Shown here piece after piece: positions 1 through 11,827 of a DNA stretch of 64,000 bases. This DNA is from Felis catus (Eukaryota). The notes beneath the pieces are model-generated. The model did no database searches and was not told the origin of the DNA. It saw only the letters and a list, made by a program, of their open reading frames with translations. The first letter of the stretch is position 1; each line of letters starts with the position of its first letter. The stretch is from positions 25,918,001 to 25,982,000 of the forward strand of contig NC_058368.1 in NCBI RefSeq assembly GCF_018350175.1, given 5' to 3'. A program made the position numbers and the translations under genes.

Positions 1-194
1 CATCTGTATTCAAGTATAAACTTTCGTGTCATTAAAATACTTGAAACACAAAGACTACTGTTAAAATTAGTAAGTTACTAATTTGAAAATTATGTAATTC
101 TTCATGTACTTTTCTAAATGAACATTTGAAGGACTTTGTAATGTTGCATAGTCTTCATCCTGTTAGCTTTGGTAGATGGGTAATTCTGTTTTCT

Positions 195-295
195 TTCTCT
201 TTTTTGAAGTAATCTCTATACACAATGTGGGGTTCAAACTCACAACCCTGAGATCAAGAGTTTCATGCTCTATTGACTGAGCCAGAAAGAACCCC
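195..295 (-). mobile_element. Short old Can-SINE (tRNA-derived head)
   Basis: Can-SINE head on the minus strand; TSD TTCTGTTTTCT (184-194 / 296-306). Confidence 0.8.
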
Positions 296-2599
296 TTCTG
301 TTTTCTCATTTTTAAAGAAGTAGTTTAGTATGTGGTGATCTGGTGAAATACCAACAAAAAGATGATTATATATTTTGCTCTATTAAACCTGTATGTAGGT
401 ATTCAGGAGATACTTTAGATGTGAGAACAGTGTAAATACCTTCATCTTCATGGTAGAAAGCATTTAGTCAGATTCCTAGCAGCAGTTAAATGAGGGATCT
501 CAAGTAATTTTTTTGGTTTAAATGTTGAAACCTTTACCTATACTGAGGATGAAAGATAGCAATGTACCTATATTGAGGGTCAAAGATGATTATGTAAGTC
601 TTGAATATAAAACTCTTACAAGTAAGTTTTAAGTTTATGATAATGTTCTTTAAGGAAATTAAAAAAAAAAACGATCAAATTAGGGCAGCTTTGTTTTGTG
701 GGAGAGATTCCATTTAAATTTATGTTATCCTTTACCTGGGATTTCTTCTGGACTTCTATATTTTCCAAAACAGTGTTTAGAGCATTGGTTCTTCAACTTT
801 TCACTCCAGTTGTAGCTACAAAAAGCTATGTGTACCGTATTTTCACATGCCCAGATATTGTCAGCGTGTCTGCTCTCCAATCTGCCAGTCCTACACTTGT
901 TTGCAGGCAGCTTCCTTCTCCATGGGCCTGAGCCGGCCCACCTTATGATCGGTTGTCATGCTCATTATCCAGGTTATCGTTGACAGGGCACCATTGTAAT
1001 AATATGGCCCTGTTCATGCTCTCAGGTGGCAGTTTTCATCACTAATTTCACTTTTACAATGAAGATTTCTCAATGCTTTACTTTTTTTTTTCTCCTTTTT
1101 TAGGCTCAGAACCTTATGTAGACATCGGCATTCACATCTTAAACAAGGACAGTTTTTAAGGATCTTTATAGACTTCAGATCATGCTTAGAAAACCAGTGT
1201 TTTTTGTGATAGTTGGCAGTATGTGAACGCTCATTAATTGCGCGGGTGCTTTACTGTTACACAGGGAAAGCCTATCATTTGGAGTCTCCCGGTTTATCAG
1301 TTTTGAATATGGCCTGTTGTTACTAGATGTCCTTAATGGTGCTGTATTTTTTTTTTTTTTAATAGTTCCTTGCATATTCTGCTAACCCGTCTCTCAAGGT
1401 GTTGTTGCAAATCTGTTTTTGGTGTCTCATTCGTCGGGACCATGTTTATTTGTTGTTTAAGTATGTATACAACCTGTTTTATGGCTTTCCTGACATGTGG
1501 TTTTAGTAAGTGTTGTCTGAGCTAGAAAGAAAAGAGCTGGGCAATGATGCGTGTCAAGCATCGCCGACTGAAGTGCCTCAGCATCCACAAAACAAAAAAG
1601 ATCCAAGTTGTCAGTTGTATAGTATAAATATAGCTATTGTCATAGAACACTGGGGGACATCAGTCTCTACACTGACATTAAGGTAGGTGGGCTTCTGGCG
1701 TTTAAAAGGTAGATGTGAAAATAAGAAAATAAGCTAGCATGTCAGTTGCCATGAATGCTTGTTAATACTTGTTTTTGAGAGTTGGAAACTGTAAAGCAAG
1801 GTTTCCATTTTTTAGGGTGACTTTTTCAACATACTGCGTTTTCTTTAGAGTACGTAATCGATAAATCTTCACGGAGCTAGAGTGTGTAATTGTGTTTTGC
1901 TTCATAAAGGCTATAGGAAATAGGAGGGGGATGAAGGCGAGAGACACGTAAAGAAAGAAGTTGTAGGAAGAAACCAGATGGGAAGCGTTTACACCTAGGG
2001 TTTATACTTACAAAGTCTGCAAGACTTACAGAGGGCATTTTTTTCCACACTTTTCATTTCAGTAAGGATTTACTTGAGGTCCCACATTCTGCTTGTTCAG
2101 GATTGTAATTTAGAGAAGTTTCTCCCTGCTTTCAAGAAATTCATAGTCCAGTGATAAATTTTAGATTATTATATATATATGTATTTTGGTCAGAGGGCAT
2201 ATGATATGATGTGTGAGAGATTGAGGTGAGGTTTACCCTAAGGAAAGTATTGCTAGGGTTTTAACAGTAAGAGAAATTATTTGAGCTAGTATTTTGTAAT
2301 CATTTTAAAGTTTGATTTTATCATCTTCATTGCTCCTATCTTTATACTGGCATTTTTGGTTTAGAGAGGTGTTTCGGCTGCTTTTGTTAAAAAGTGAGTG
2401 AATTTTCGTTGAGTATTATTTTGTCAGCCAGTACAATGCCTTCAGCATACTCTTTGCAGCCGCTAAAAATGCCTGCGTTTGAACTGCTGGTAGATCCAAG
2501 GGACTTCGGGAATGGCTTTTTATTTATTTATTTTTTTAGATGAAAAGTCATGGTCGAGGACTGTTTTGATAGGGGCAAAAAGACGATCCCCCTTTTCAA

Positions 2600-4202
2600 A
2601 GTGTTATTGCATATCATGGATTCCCAAAACATGCCTGAGGGAGAACGAAAGCGGGGAGCAATTGTTCACTCGTGTGGACTCCTAGCTCTTACCCCTGGGG
2701 AGGGTACTCAAGTACAGCGAACTATGTGACAGTCCTGGTAGTGAGTTCACCAGGCATCCATATTGTGGTTTTACCGTTGTCAAACTGAAGAAACCAGGGC
2801 CTTTTGGAGAAATGATTGACCATAGAGCTGGGACAGAGAAGATACAAAGTGAACCTAGAGCACCTTAATAGTGCCAGAAGGGAAGAAAGTGCTCAGAAAA
2901 ATGTGAGGATGCAGGCGTGTCCAAAGGATGTAGGGACCAACTGGAAAATGCTCCCAAGAGCCGAAGTTGGAACAATTCTACCCACAAAATAAAGAATAAT
3001 AGATTAGAACCCAGAGAACAAATATCCATGAGTCCATACAGATAGAAATAAAAAATGAGGAAGGAAGAACAGATTTTACAGACAAATTCTAATTGATAAA
3101 AGTAGGAGAAATGAAGGAAATAGAAAGTTACCATTAAAACACGACAGCAGTAATTGTTTCAGGCAAGACCCACTGAGGAATGGTAAAATTAGTGGCAAAA
3201 CTTTAATGTAAAACAGGGCATTAATATAGTTTCAAAATATTTCCCCCTTATTAATTATTAGTAAAATAATACTGTGGTGGTTTTAACATATGTCCAAGTT
3301 TCTTTGATATTCCTTATCTAAGAGAGAGGAGTTTAATTCCCTTTCCCTTGAATGTGGGCTGGACTTAATCATTTGAAAAAACAGAATAATAAAAGAGAGA
3401 AATAGTAACTTTATTGCAGAGAAACCAGTCAGACCACCAAGAGATCAAGGTTAATGTCACCAGTAATAAGTGATGTTGATGTCATGGACCCTTGAAATGA
3501 TGTGATGAGAACGGCACTGCCTAAAATCCATAGCTTCCGTGTGATCATCAGAAAACATCAGGCAGACCCTAGCTGAGGGGCCTTCTACAATGACCAGTAG
3601 TCTTTTTTTTTTTTTTTTAATTTTTTTTTTTCAACGTTTATTTATTTTTGGGACAGAGAGAGACAGAGCATGAACGGGGGAGGGGCAGAGAGAGAGGGAG
3701 ACACAGAATCGGAAACAGGCTCCAGGCTCCGAGCCATCAGCCCAGAGCCCGACGCGGGGCTCGAACTCACGGACCGCGAGATCGTGACCTGGCTTAAGTC
3801 GGACGCTTAACCGACCGTGCCACCCAGGCGCCCCGACCAGTAGTCTTTAGAATCTTCAAGTTCATGAAAGACCAGGAAATCCTGACAAATTGTCACAGAT
3901 TTGGAGAAGACACAGATAAGGAGTCATAATGACTAAATTCATTGTGACATGATGGATTGGATCCTGAAACAAGAAAAGGGCATTAGTGGGAAAAGTGGTG
4001 AAATTACTATATAATCTGTAGATTAGGTAGTATTATACCAATGTTAGTGTGGTAGCTATGAGAAATGTGCCATGGTTATGTAAGGTGTTAACAGTAGGGG
4101 AAGCTAGGTGAAGAGGATGTGGAAGTTCTTTGTACTATCTTTGCAACATTTGTGTAAATCTAAAATTGTTCAAATACAAAGTTTTTTATAAAAAAAAAAA
4201 AG
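2600..4202 (+). mobile_element. Old L1 (L1MC/MD-like) 3' region, interrupted by a SINE
   Basis: L1MC-type 3' UTR motifs ending TGTAAATCTAAAATT plus A-tail at about 4190-4202; boundaries approximate. Confidence 0.6.
3606..3834 (-). mobile_element. Young SINEC_Fc
   Basis: CpG-intact consensus-like body; TSD GACCAGTAGTCTTT (3592-3605 / 3835-3848). Confidence 0.95.
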
Positions 4203-4501
4203 GCAGGAAAAGGTGTGATATGTAGGCCAATCAAAGCCTTGCCCTCCACTTCTTGAATTGAATTGTGAGGAAACACTATCCTCCAGGGTTTATTTCCCTG
4301 TGCTTTTCTATTATGTTCTGATTATAAAAACAGAAAAAACTGAAAAGCATTAAAAAAAAAAAAAACCACCCTACTTTTTCTTAACTTACAGAGACAGCCA
4401 CTGCTCACATTTTGTTGTATATCCTTGTAATGTTTTTCTTATCACGTGTATATGATTTTTAAAAATAAAAATGGAATCATGTTATTAAAGAAAAGAAAGA
4501 A

Positions 4502-4584
4502 GGGCCCCTGGGTGGTTCATTTCAGGTCTTAATCTCAGGGTCGTGAGTTCAAGCCCCAGGTTGGGCTCCACCCTGTGGAGACTA

Positions 4585-4631
<47 letters not shown>
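4502..4631 (+). mobile_element. Short Can-SINE with A43 tail
   Basis: GGGCCCCTGGGTGG head with internal deletion; pure A run 4589-4631. Confidence 0.8.
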
Positions 4632-4635
<4 letters not shown>

Positions 4636-4966
4636 TTTGAATCCAGACAGAACTAGGTTTGTGTTGAGGCTCTACCTTTTCCTAACCCTATTGTTCTGTA
4701 CTAGTTAGCCTTTTTTGAACTTGTTGTTATTCATTCATGCAACAGTTTGTTCTTCAAATATTTGTTGAACATTTATGTATTGTTTTAGGCTCTGAAGATA
4801 TGGTACTGAACAAAGCCGAACCCTTTCCCCCCTGTAACTTGTGCTTGTTGACCTCCAAGTAGATCAGGTAGTTGTTTGGAGTTTTGCTAGAACAGGGAAC
4901 AGAGAAATGGAACCATAGCTGGAAGAAGATATTTTTTAGCATTATTATTGACCATAGAGACATTTT

Positions 4967-5197
4967 TTAAAACTTTTTTATGTTTTTTATTATTATTATT
5001 TTTCTTTTTTTGAGAGAAAGAGAGCGAGAGCAAGCTGCAGAGGGGCAGAGAGAAAGAAGGACAGAGAGAATCCCAAGCAGGCTCTGCACTGTCAGTGCAG
5101 AGCCCAATGCAGGGCTCCAACTCACAAACTGTGAGGTCATGACCTGAGCCAAAACCAAGAATTGGACATTCAACCGACTGAGCCACCCAGGTGCCCC
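4967..5197 (-). mobile_element. Can-SINE
   Basis: TSD CCATAGAGACATTTT / CCATGGAGACATTTT (4952-4966 / 5200-5214). Confidence 0.92.
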
Positions 5198-6723
5198 GTC
5201 CATGGAGACATTTTGGTAGGATGGCTTCATTTTAAGAAGAGGACTTTATGTATCTATAGGAGATATTCTAGCCCACTAATTAAGAATTGGGATTTAGAGT
5301 CAAATAGCCCAGATTTAAATTTGATCCAACTGTTGTATAATTTTGTTACCTGAAGGAAAAGTAATTTAGATTCTCTGAATTTTGATTTCATCACCTGTAA
5401 TGAATAGTGAAAACATATGACACCTCCTGAGAATTAAACAAGCTTATACTTTTAGAGAGCATTATAGTCAACTGTGTTGTGCTTTTCAGTACCTCTCTTT
5501 GGGTCTTAGAAGGAAATAATAGTTTGGCATCTCATCATTCAAACAATGAGGTGAACAGTCTCCATACTAATATTGCTGTAGATTTCTCTTTAGTCCACTA
5601 GTAATTTGTATATAAAACTGTGTATTTTTCTTTTCCCTTATTTAATTCATGAGAAGAGATAATAAAATAGCTTAAAATTGACAAGGAGCCGTTTTGGGGG
5701 CTGTGGTGCTGATTAGTATGGATGGGTGGAGGAGAGGGGATTTAACTTCATACACCAGCAGGTGGTAGTTCCGTGTTCACATGGACGTATACCCCATATC
5801 CTACTAGCATGTTTCATTTTCCCCTGGGCTGACTTGGTGAATGTTAAATGCTGTCTTGAAACATTTCATATTGGTTGTGGGTTGAGCTGGTTCATTATTA
5901 CATAGACAGGTTACTTCCTGTTTTCATTCTTCAGTCAGGCTTTCTTTTTATTGGTTGGTTAGAAGAGATTTAATACACTTTTAGAGCTGCCAAAAACACA
6001 TGTAATAGGCAGTGTCCTGAGGCTACTGCCAGGTTCACTGGGCTATGATCAAACACTTTACCTTTGGCAGGCTCTTTGAGACTTGCTCAATTCTCTGGTT
6101 TAACTTGTTTACTTAAGTTCTTAGAAGTTCTAAATAATAAAAACTTCGGGTGAATTCATTTCAGTGTAACTCTTTGAGTAATCCTTTATGTATAAAGTGT
6201 TTTAAATATTACTTGTGCCCTCAAAACCAGTCTTAAAAACAAAAGAGGTAGATTTTTTTTTCATAGTTTACTTATTCCTAAATCTAATTTTTACAGTCAA
6301 CCATCCCAATCTAGTGAAGTTAAATAAATTTCTGGCCTTGGTCTTTCCACTGCCTTAATGAAATTAATTATTAGCACAGTAGCAAAAATGAAGTAAAATA
6401 ATTAATAGCAAAGACTGTATAATTAATTTAGAGAAGGCCCAAATTCCATAACCTGTGAAGCATGGTAAGTAACTGAGCTCTTTGTAACTTCCATTGACCC
6501 TCTGTCTTCTCTTTGGGGCAGATAGCTTCTTTGACCATGAAGGTTTCAAACCAAGGGACATTTTTAGGTTTCCTGAATTTTGTTTTTGGGGAGGATTAGG
6601 GAAATGATCAGAAATTGCTTCCTTTTTATTAACATCTGAGGGAGTGGGGGGCTGTCAGCTTTCTTAAATATGGTGGTGGATGTTTCTGGTTGACTGTTTC
6701 CCTTCTTTCCTGTTCTGTTTCAG

Positions 6724-6840
6724 AGTCTGATAAAGAGGAGAAACCACAGAGTACCGTCATACCTAAGGAAGTAACACCAGCCCTGTGCTCACTAATGAGC
6801 AGCTATGGCAGTCTCTCAGGGTCAGAGAGTGAGCCAGAAG
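6724..6840 (+). CDS. NUFIP1: NUFIP1 internal coding exon (third from last), 117 nt, phase 1-1
   Basis: Pyrimidine tract then TTTCAG| acceptor (6723) and GAAG|GTAAGT donor (6841). Encodes (E)SDKEEKPQSTVIPKEVTPALCSLMSSYGSLSGSESEPE, matching the recalled NUFIP1 C-terminal region. Confidence 0.95.
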
Positions 6841-7209
6841 GTAAGTTGTGGCTTCAGTTGTTACAGGCGGTTTGTTTTGTTTTGGTGCTTTTTGAATTTG
6901 GTGTATACCGTGCATCAGTAGCATCCTTTCATGTGTGTGTTTCTGAGGGCAGGATGTGTCAAGTATATTCTTTATTTAATCTTCACTTTTTTCATCTGAT
7001 TCAGAAGTGAAGTTAGCAGAGGATAAAGGAAAACTGGAGAAATGAGGAAATGTATTGTTAGCCTGGGAGAAAAAGGCAAAAATAATATAATGACAGAAGA
7101 GAAAGAGAAATATTCCATTAAGGAAATAAAAATTCTAAAAGATATGACAAAGAAAGTTAATTTCTTTTTTTTTTACTCTCAAGAACACTTGTCTTAACAT
7201 GCTTATTCA

Positions 7210-7428
7210 GGGATGCCTGGGTAGGTCAGTCAGTTAAGCATCCGACTCTTGGTTTCGGCTCAGGTCATGATCTCACAGTTTGTGAGTTTGAGTCCTGTTT
7301 CGGGCTCTGCCTGGAGCCTGCCTGGGTTTCTCTCACCTTCTCTCTCTGCCCCTCCCTGGTGTGCATGCTCACTCGCTCGCTCGCTCTTTCTCTCTCAAAA
7401 TAAATAAACTTTAAAAAGAAAAAAAAAA
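7210..7428 (+). mobile_element. Can-SINE
   Basis: tRNA-derived head, CT-rich tract, AATAAA and A-tail. Confidence 0.9.
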
Positions 7429-9817
7429 TATTTCGCACCTTTGGTAGGTAGAGAGAGGTCATTTGTGACCAAATGGATAATAGAATTCCTTAGATGTGTA
7501 TGGAGCATTGTTCTTTACAGAGCGCATTTATGTAAACTGCTCATTTGAGGAACACAGTAACTCTGTACTTGGGGTTGAATTAGCCTATGTGTTTTAAAGA
7601 CTGGACGAAGTGGAATCCTTGACTGTTCTTTCTGAGAAGTCAGTGATGTACAGGACACATGTCTAACCTTTAAAGATGTTGACAAGCCAGCTTAATCTAG
7701 CATCCTTTTTTAGGGCCACCTAAAAGAGTTGTGAGTAGGTTATTGATCGTCGTAGTGTTGCAGTTCTAAACCCAGGGTTCATATATAGATAATCAGCAGA
7801 TGCTTACTGAGTAAGCCCGTGTCCTTCTGTTGTGGAACCCTGGCTCTGCATGGTAAATTTATTTGGGCTTTACCATCCATGAGAGAATTCATTTGTGTGT
7901 GTCTCTGGACAAGATGTGTAATCACAGTAGGAGCTATACCGAAGATGAGAATATAGGGTCTACAAGTGAGTGTGTAGAAAGAAGGGAAGATTTGAGTGTA
8001 ATTGGATGAAGAAGGCAGCACTTTCAATATTAATTAGGTTACAGGTAATCACTGTTTGTATAGTTGGAAGATGTTGAAGGAGAAAGAGTTGGGCTTCAAT
8101 ATGAAGGATAATGTTTAGATGTATCCGTAACATAGGGACTTTTTCTTCTTTTTTAATGGACCACGATTTACTATGGTAGCTGGTTAAAAGCTACTTGAAT
8201 TTTGATATATAAACTACTTTGGCTTTATCAGAGTATTTCTTAACAGATGGTTGCCTCTTCTTATTTTTATTTTTACTTTAAGGAAAAGTATTTATTTCTT
8301 TACTCTTGTTTCCAATACACTGATACGATTATGGAGTTATTCTTTAAACACATATTATATTTCCTGCTTATCGCTCTTATTTATGACAGGTGATAGCAAT
8401 GAAAGCTGTTACCAGATTACTGAATCTCATAAAAACAAGCTGCACTAATGCTCTCTTCTCTCTCTCTCTTAAGATAAAACATTTGATACTTTCATTCTCA
8501 TGTCTTCATTTTGAGGCTGCCACCATCTTCCAGTTAAAGGAAGAAAGGAAACTGGGAGGTCCCACTCCTTCATTTATAGAAACTTAAATTTAAAGAAGAC
8601 AAGTTTGTGAAGTTAGTATGTGTCAGAGCTGATATAAAGCCTAGGTTTAGGGACTTAAAAATCTAAAAAAGTCAACTATATTCCTTTCATTATAGTCATG
8701 CTCTGTGTTCCTGAACAGAAATGCATAGCCTTTTCTTAGAGATAATAGAAGATATCATCTATTAAAAGATACATTTGATTTTATATGAACTTATTTTTAC
8801 TGATTGTCTAAAATTCCCTGCCTAAAGGAAAAAGACCTTGCTTCACATTCCTAAGGCTTAAGAATTATTTTCTGTAGTTTGAATTCAGCTTTATTGTACA
8901 TAGTCGCCCAGGTCACTAGCAAGTTTCCAACTTTCATGGTTAATTTTGGGCCACAGGATAGAATATTGACACAGAGGGACTTCGGAAGAAGTAAACCAAA
9001 GAAATAAAGGGGGCTTTCGCTGAACCATGAAATAGCATCTAGAAGGCTGCTTATTCAAGTGGATTCTAAATGGAGAGGAGTAGTCTGATTCATCACAGAT
9101 TTTAACAATTGTATCATCATAATTAAGATCGGTCTCAACTTAGGAATTAATACAAAGGTGTGGAGAGGATCTTAAACATGAATAGTGCTTTTCCAGAAAG
9201 AGTTTTAAACAAGGAAAGGGTCCCTCAAGAAACATTGAAGCAAAACAAGAGGCTGTGCTTGGCTCCGAATCATTAAGGCTGTCCGAATCATTAAGATATA
9301 CATAGGAAAGAAAATTTCAATGAGTAATGTTTCCAAGTGGGTTAGTTTGATATCTGTCCTGGGTTTTGCATGTTAGCTTTTTGTTTTTGTTTTGCCGTGT
9401 TAGAAGTTAAGTGCAGTTTTATAGCTCTTCAAAATTGTTTTTTCAAACTGGTTTGGGCTATGACCGGTGGTCCTCTAAACTGAAAACTCATTTTAAAAGG
9501 CCACAAACCAAAAAAGTATGATTTATAGGTTTGAAAAACTTGAACGGTTATGTTTTAAATTCATTTGGATTGATAAATATTGCATTAAAATATGATACTA
9601 AGCTGGGAAATGTTGTGAGCCTCAAGAAAAACATAACTGGTCCCAGTTCCTCATTCCTTAGCGGAAGATTGACAGTGTGAGCTCCGGTCCATTTGACTTT
9701 CGTGTTCCTGAATTGGAAGAGCAATACTTGGAGGGGAAGGAAATAATAGAAAATCGTGCCCTTTCTGCCATTTGTTATTATTCCCATAGTTTTGAACTCT
9801 ATCAACCACTTTGAATT

Positions 9818-10710
9818 CTTTTTTTAAAAGTTATTTATATATTTATTTATTTTTAATGTTTATTTAAAAAATTTTTTTAATGTTTATTTATCTTTTTTTT
9901 TTAACGTTTATTTATTTTGGGGACAGAGAGAGACAGAGCATGAATGGGTGAGGGGCAGAGAGAGAGGGAGACACAGAATCGGAAGCAGGCTCCAGGCTCT
10001 GAGCCATCAGCCCAGAGCCCGACGCGGGGCTCGAACTCACGGTCTGTGAGATCATGACCTGAGCTGAAGTCGGACGCTTAACTGACTGAGCCACCCGGGC
10101 GCCCCTGTTTATTTATCTTTGAGAGAGGGAGAGACAGAGTGCAAGCTGGGGAGGGGCAGAGAGAGAGAGGGGGAGATGCAGAATCCAAAGCAGGCTGTAG
10201 GCTCCAGGCTCCTAGGTGTCCACACAGAGCCCGACGCGGGGCTCAAACTCACTAACGGTGAGCTCATGACCTGAGCCGAAGTCGGATGCTCAACCAGTTG
10301 AGCCACCCACGCGCCCCAAATGTTTATTTATTTTTGAGAGAGAGAGAAAGCAGAGCATGAGCAGGGGCAGGGAGGGGCAGAGAGAGAGAGAGGGAGACAG
10401 AGAACTCGAAGCAGGCTCCAGGCTCTGAGCTGTCAGCAGAGAGCCTGATGCGGGGCTCAAACTCACAAACTGTGAGATCATGACCTGAGCCGAAATCGGA
10501 TGCTCAATCGACTAAGCCACCAAGGTGCCCCTACTTATTTATTTTTAGAGAGAGAGAGAGAGAGAGAGCAAGTGAGCATGCAAGTGGGGGTGGAGCAGAG
10601 AGAGAGGGAGAGAGACTCTCAAACAGGCTCTGTGCTGTCAGTGGGGAGCCTGACACGGGGCTCAAACCCACACGCCATGAAATCGTGACCTGAGCCAAAA
10701 TCAAGGTGCC
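9818..10710 (-). mobile_element. Stack of four nested Can-SINEs
   Basis: Four SINE bodies with 5' ends near 10105, 10317, 10531 and 10710, linked by nested TSDs (see findings). Confidence 0.92.
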
Positions 10711-10784
10711 AACACCTTGGGGCAAGTACTTCCTTGGTAACTGAGATTTAATGTTATTCCTGTTTGTGCAAGGCAAGGACTGGC

Positions 10785-11400
10785 TACAGTTTAAGGTTGG
10801 TTTCTCGTAGACATTATGTAATTGGTCTTGTGTTTTTCTCCCCAGTCTAACCATTCACCCTTTTAAGTGTGACGTTTAAATTATTTGTATATATGGTAAT
10901 TGATTTGGCTTGTTTCTTTTTGTCTCAGTTGTTTTTTGTTCTCTTTTCCTTCTTTTCCTGCCTTTGCATTTATCTTGTCTTATTTTTAGGGTAGTGCAAA
11001 TATGGGTTTATTAGTTGAACCTCTTTTTTATTTTTTAGGAATTGGTCTAGAGTTTATAGTATGCATCTTCATTCAACTTGTTGCCATATAGTTTCAATGA
11101 TATTGCACCACTTCATAGATAGTTTAAGAATTTTATAGCAATATACTTACACTTTCCTCTTCCCTTCCTTAGTGCTATTGTTATCATGGGTTTTCCGAGA
11201 GATGTTATAAATCCCCCATACACTGTTATTATTTTGGCTTTGAATAAACAGTTATCTTTAAAACCTTTTGCAAATGAGAAAACATGTCTTTTGTATTTAT
11301 CCACATATTGACGATTTCTGACACTCTTCATTTCTTTGTGTAGATCCAGGTCTCCATCTGGTATTATTTCCTTCATAGGGATCACTTTCTGTAGCTCTTT
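10785..11400 (-). mobile_element. Old L1/HAL1-like fragment
   Basis: Minus-strand text …ATAATACCAGATGGAGACCTGGATCTACACAAAGAAATGAAGAG… typical of the ORF1 end of old L1M elements. Confidence 0.55.
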
Positions 11401-11609
11401 ATGGTAATCTCTTCAATTCTTGGCAAATTATATTCCCACCTTGAAAAATATTGTGCTATATTATAAATGCCTAGTTTTTATTACTAAGTAGCCAGTATTA
11501 TGGCTGCTGGGGGGGGGGGGAATTATTGACTTTTTTTTTTTTTAATTATTGTAAGTTTACCAGGTTTTTTTTGTTATTTATTTTTGTATTTTTTGCTCAT
11601 CACATTTAG

Positions 11610-11827
11610 AAGCTCCCATTAAGACTGAAGCAGACGTTCTGGTGGAAGATGAGGTTCTTCATAGTGAAACTCCTAAGAAACCAAGTCAAGATGTTAAAGT
11701 GACTGTTAGAAAGTATGAGAGCCAAAAGAAAAGTTTTAAAAAGACAAACCCTAAGAGGAGAAAAGATTATCACAACTATCAAACATTATTTGAACCAAGA
11801 ACACACCATCCATATCTCCTGGAAATG
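11610..11827 (+). CDS. NUFIP1: NUFIP1 penultimate coding exon, 218 nt
   Basis: TTTAG| acceptor (11609) and ATG|GTAAAT donor (11828). In frame with the previous exon: (E)APIKTEADVLVEDEV...KDYHNYQTLFEPRTHHPYLLEM. Confidence 0.95.

Noticed and set aside
1081..1225. Strong polypyrimidine tract and TAG acceptor at 1103
   Set aside because: No convincing donor at exon-like distance and no NUFIP1-like peptide in any frame I read.
1541..1578. GGCA-ATGATGC…CTGA-AG-TGCC resembling a box C/D snoRNA in a NUFIP1 intron
   Set aside because: Only 38 nt, imperfect C box and no room for guide or C'/D' elements.
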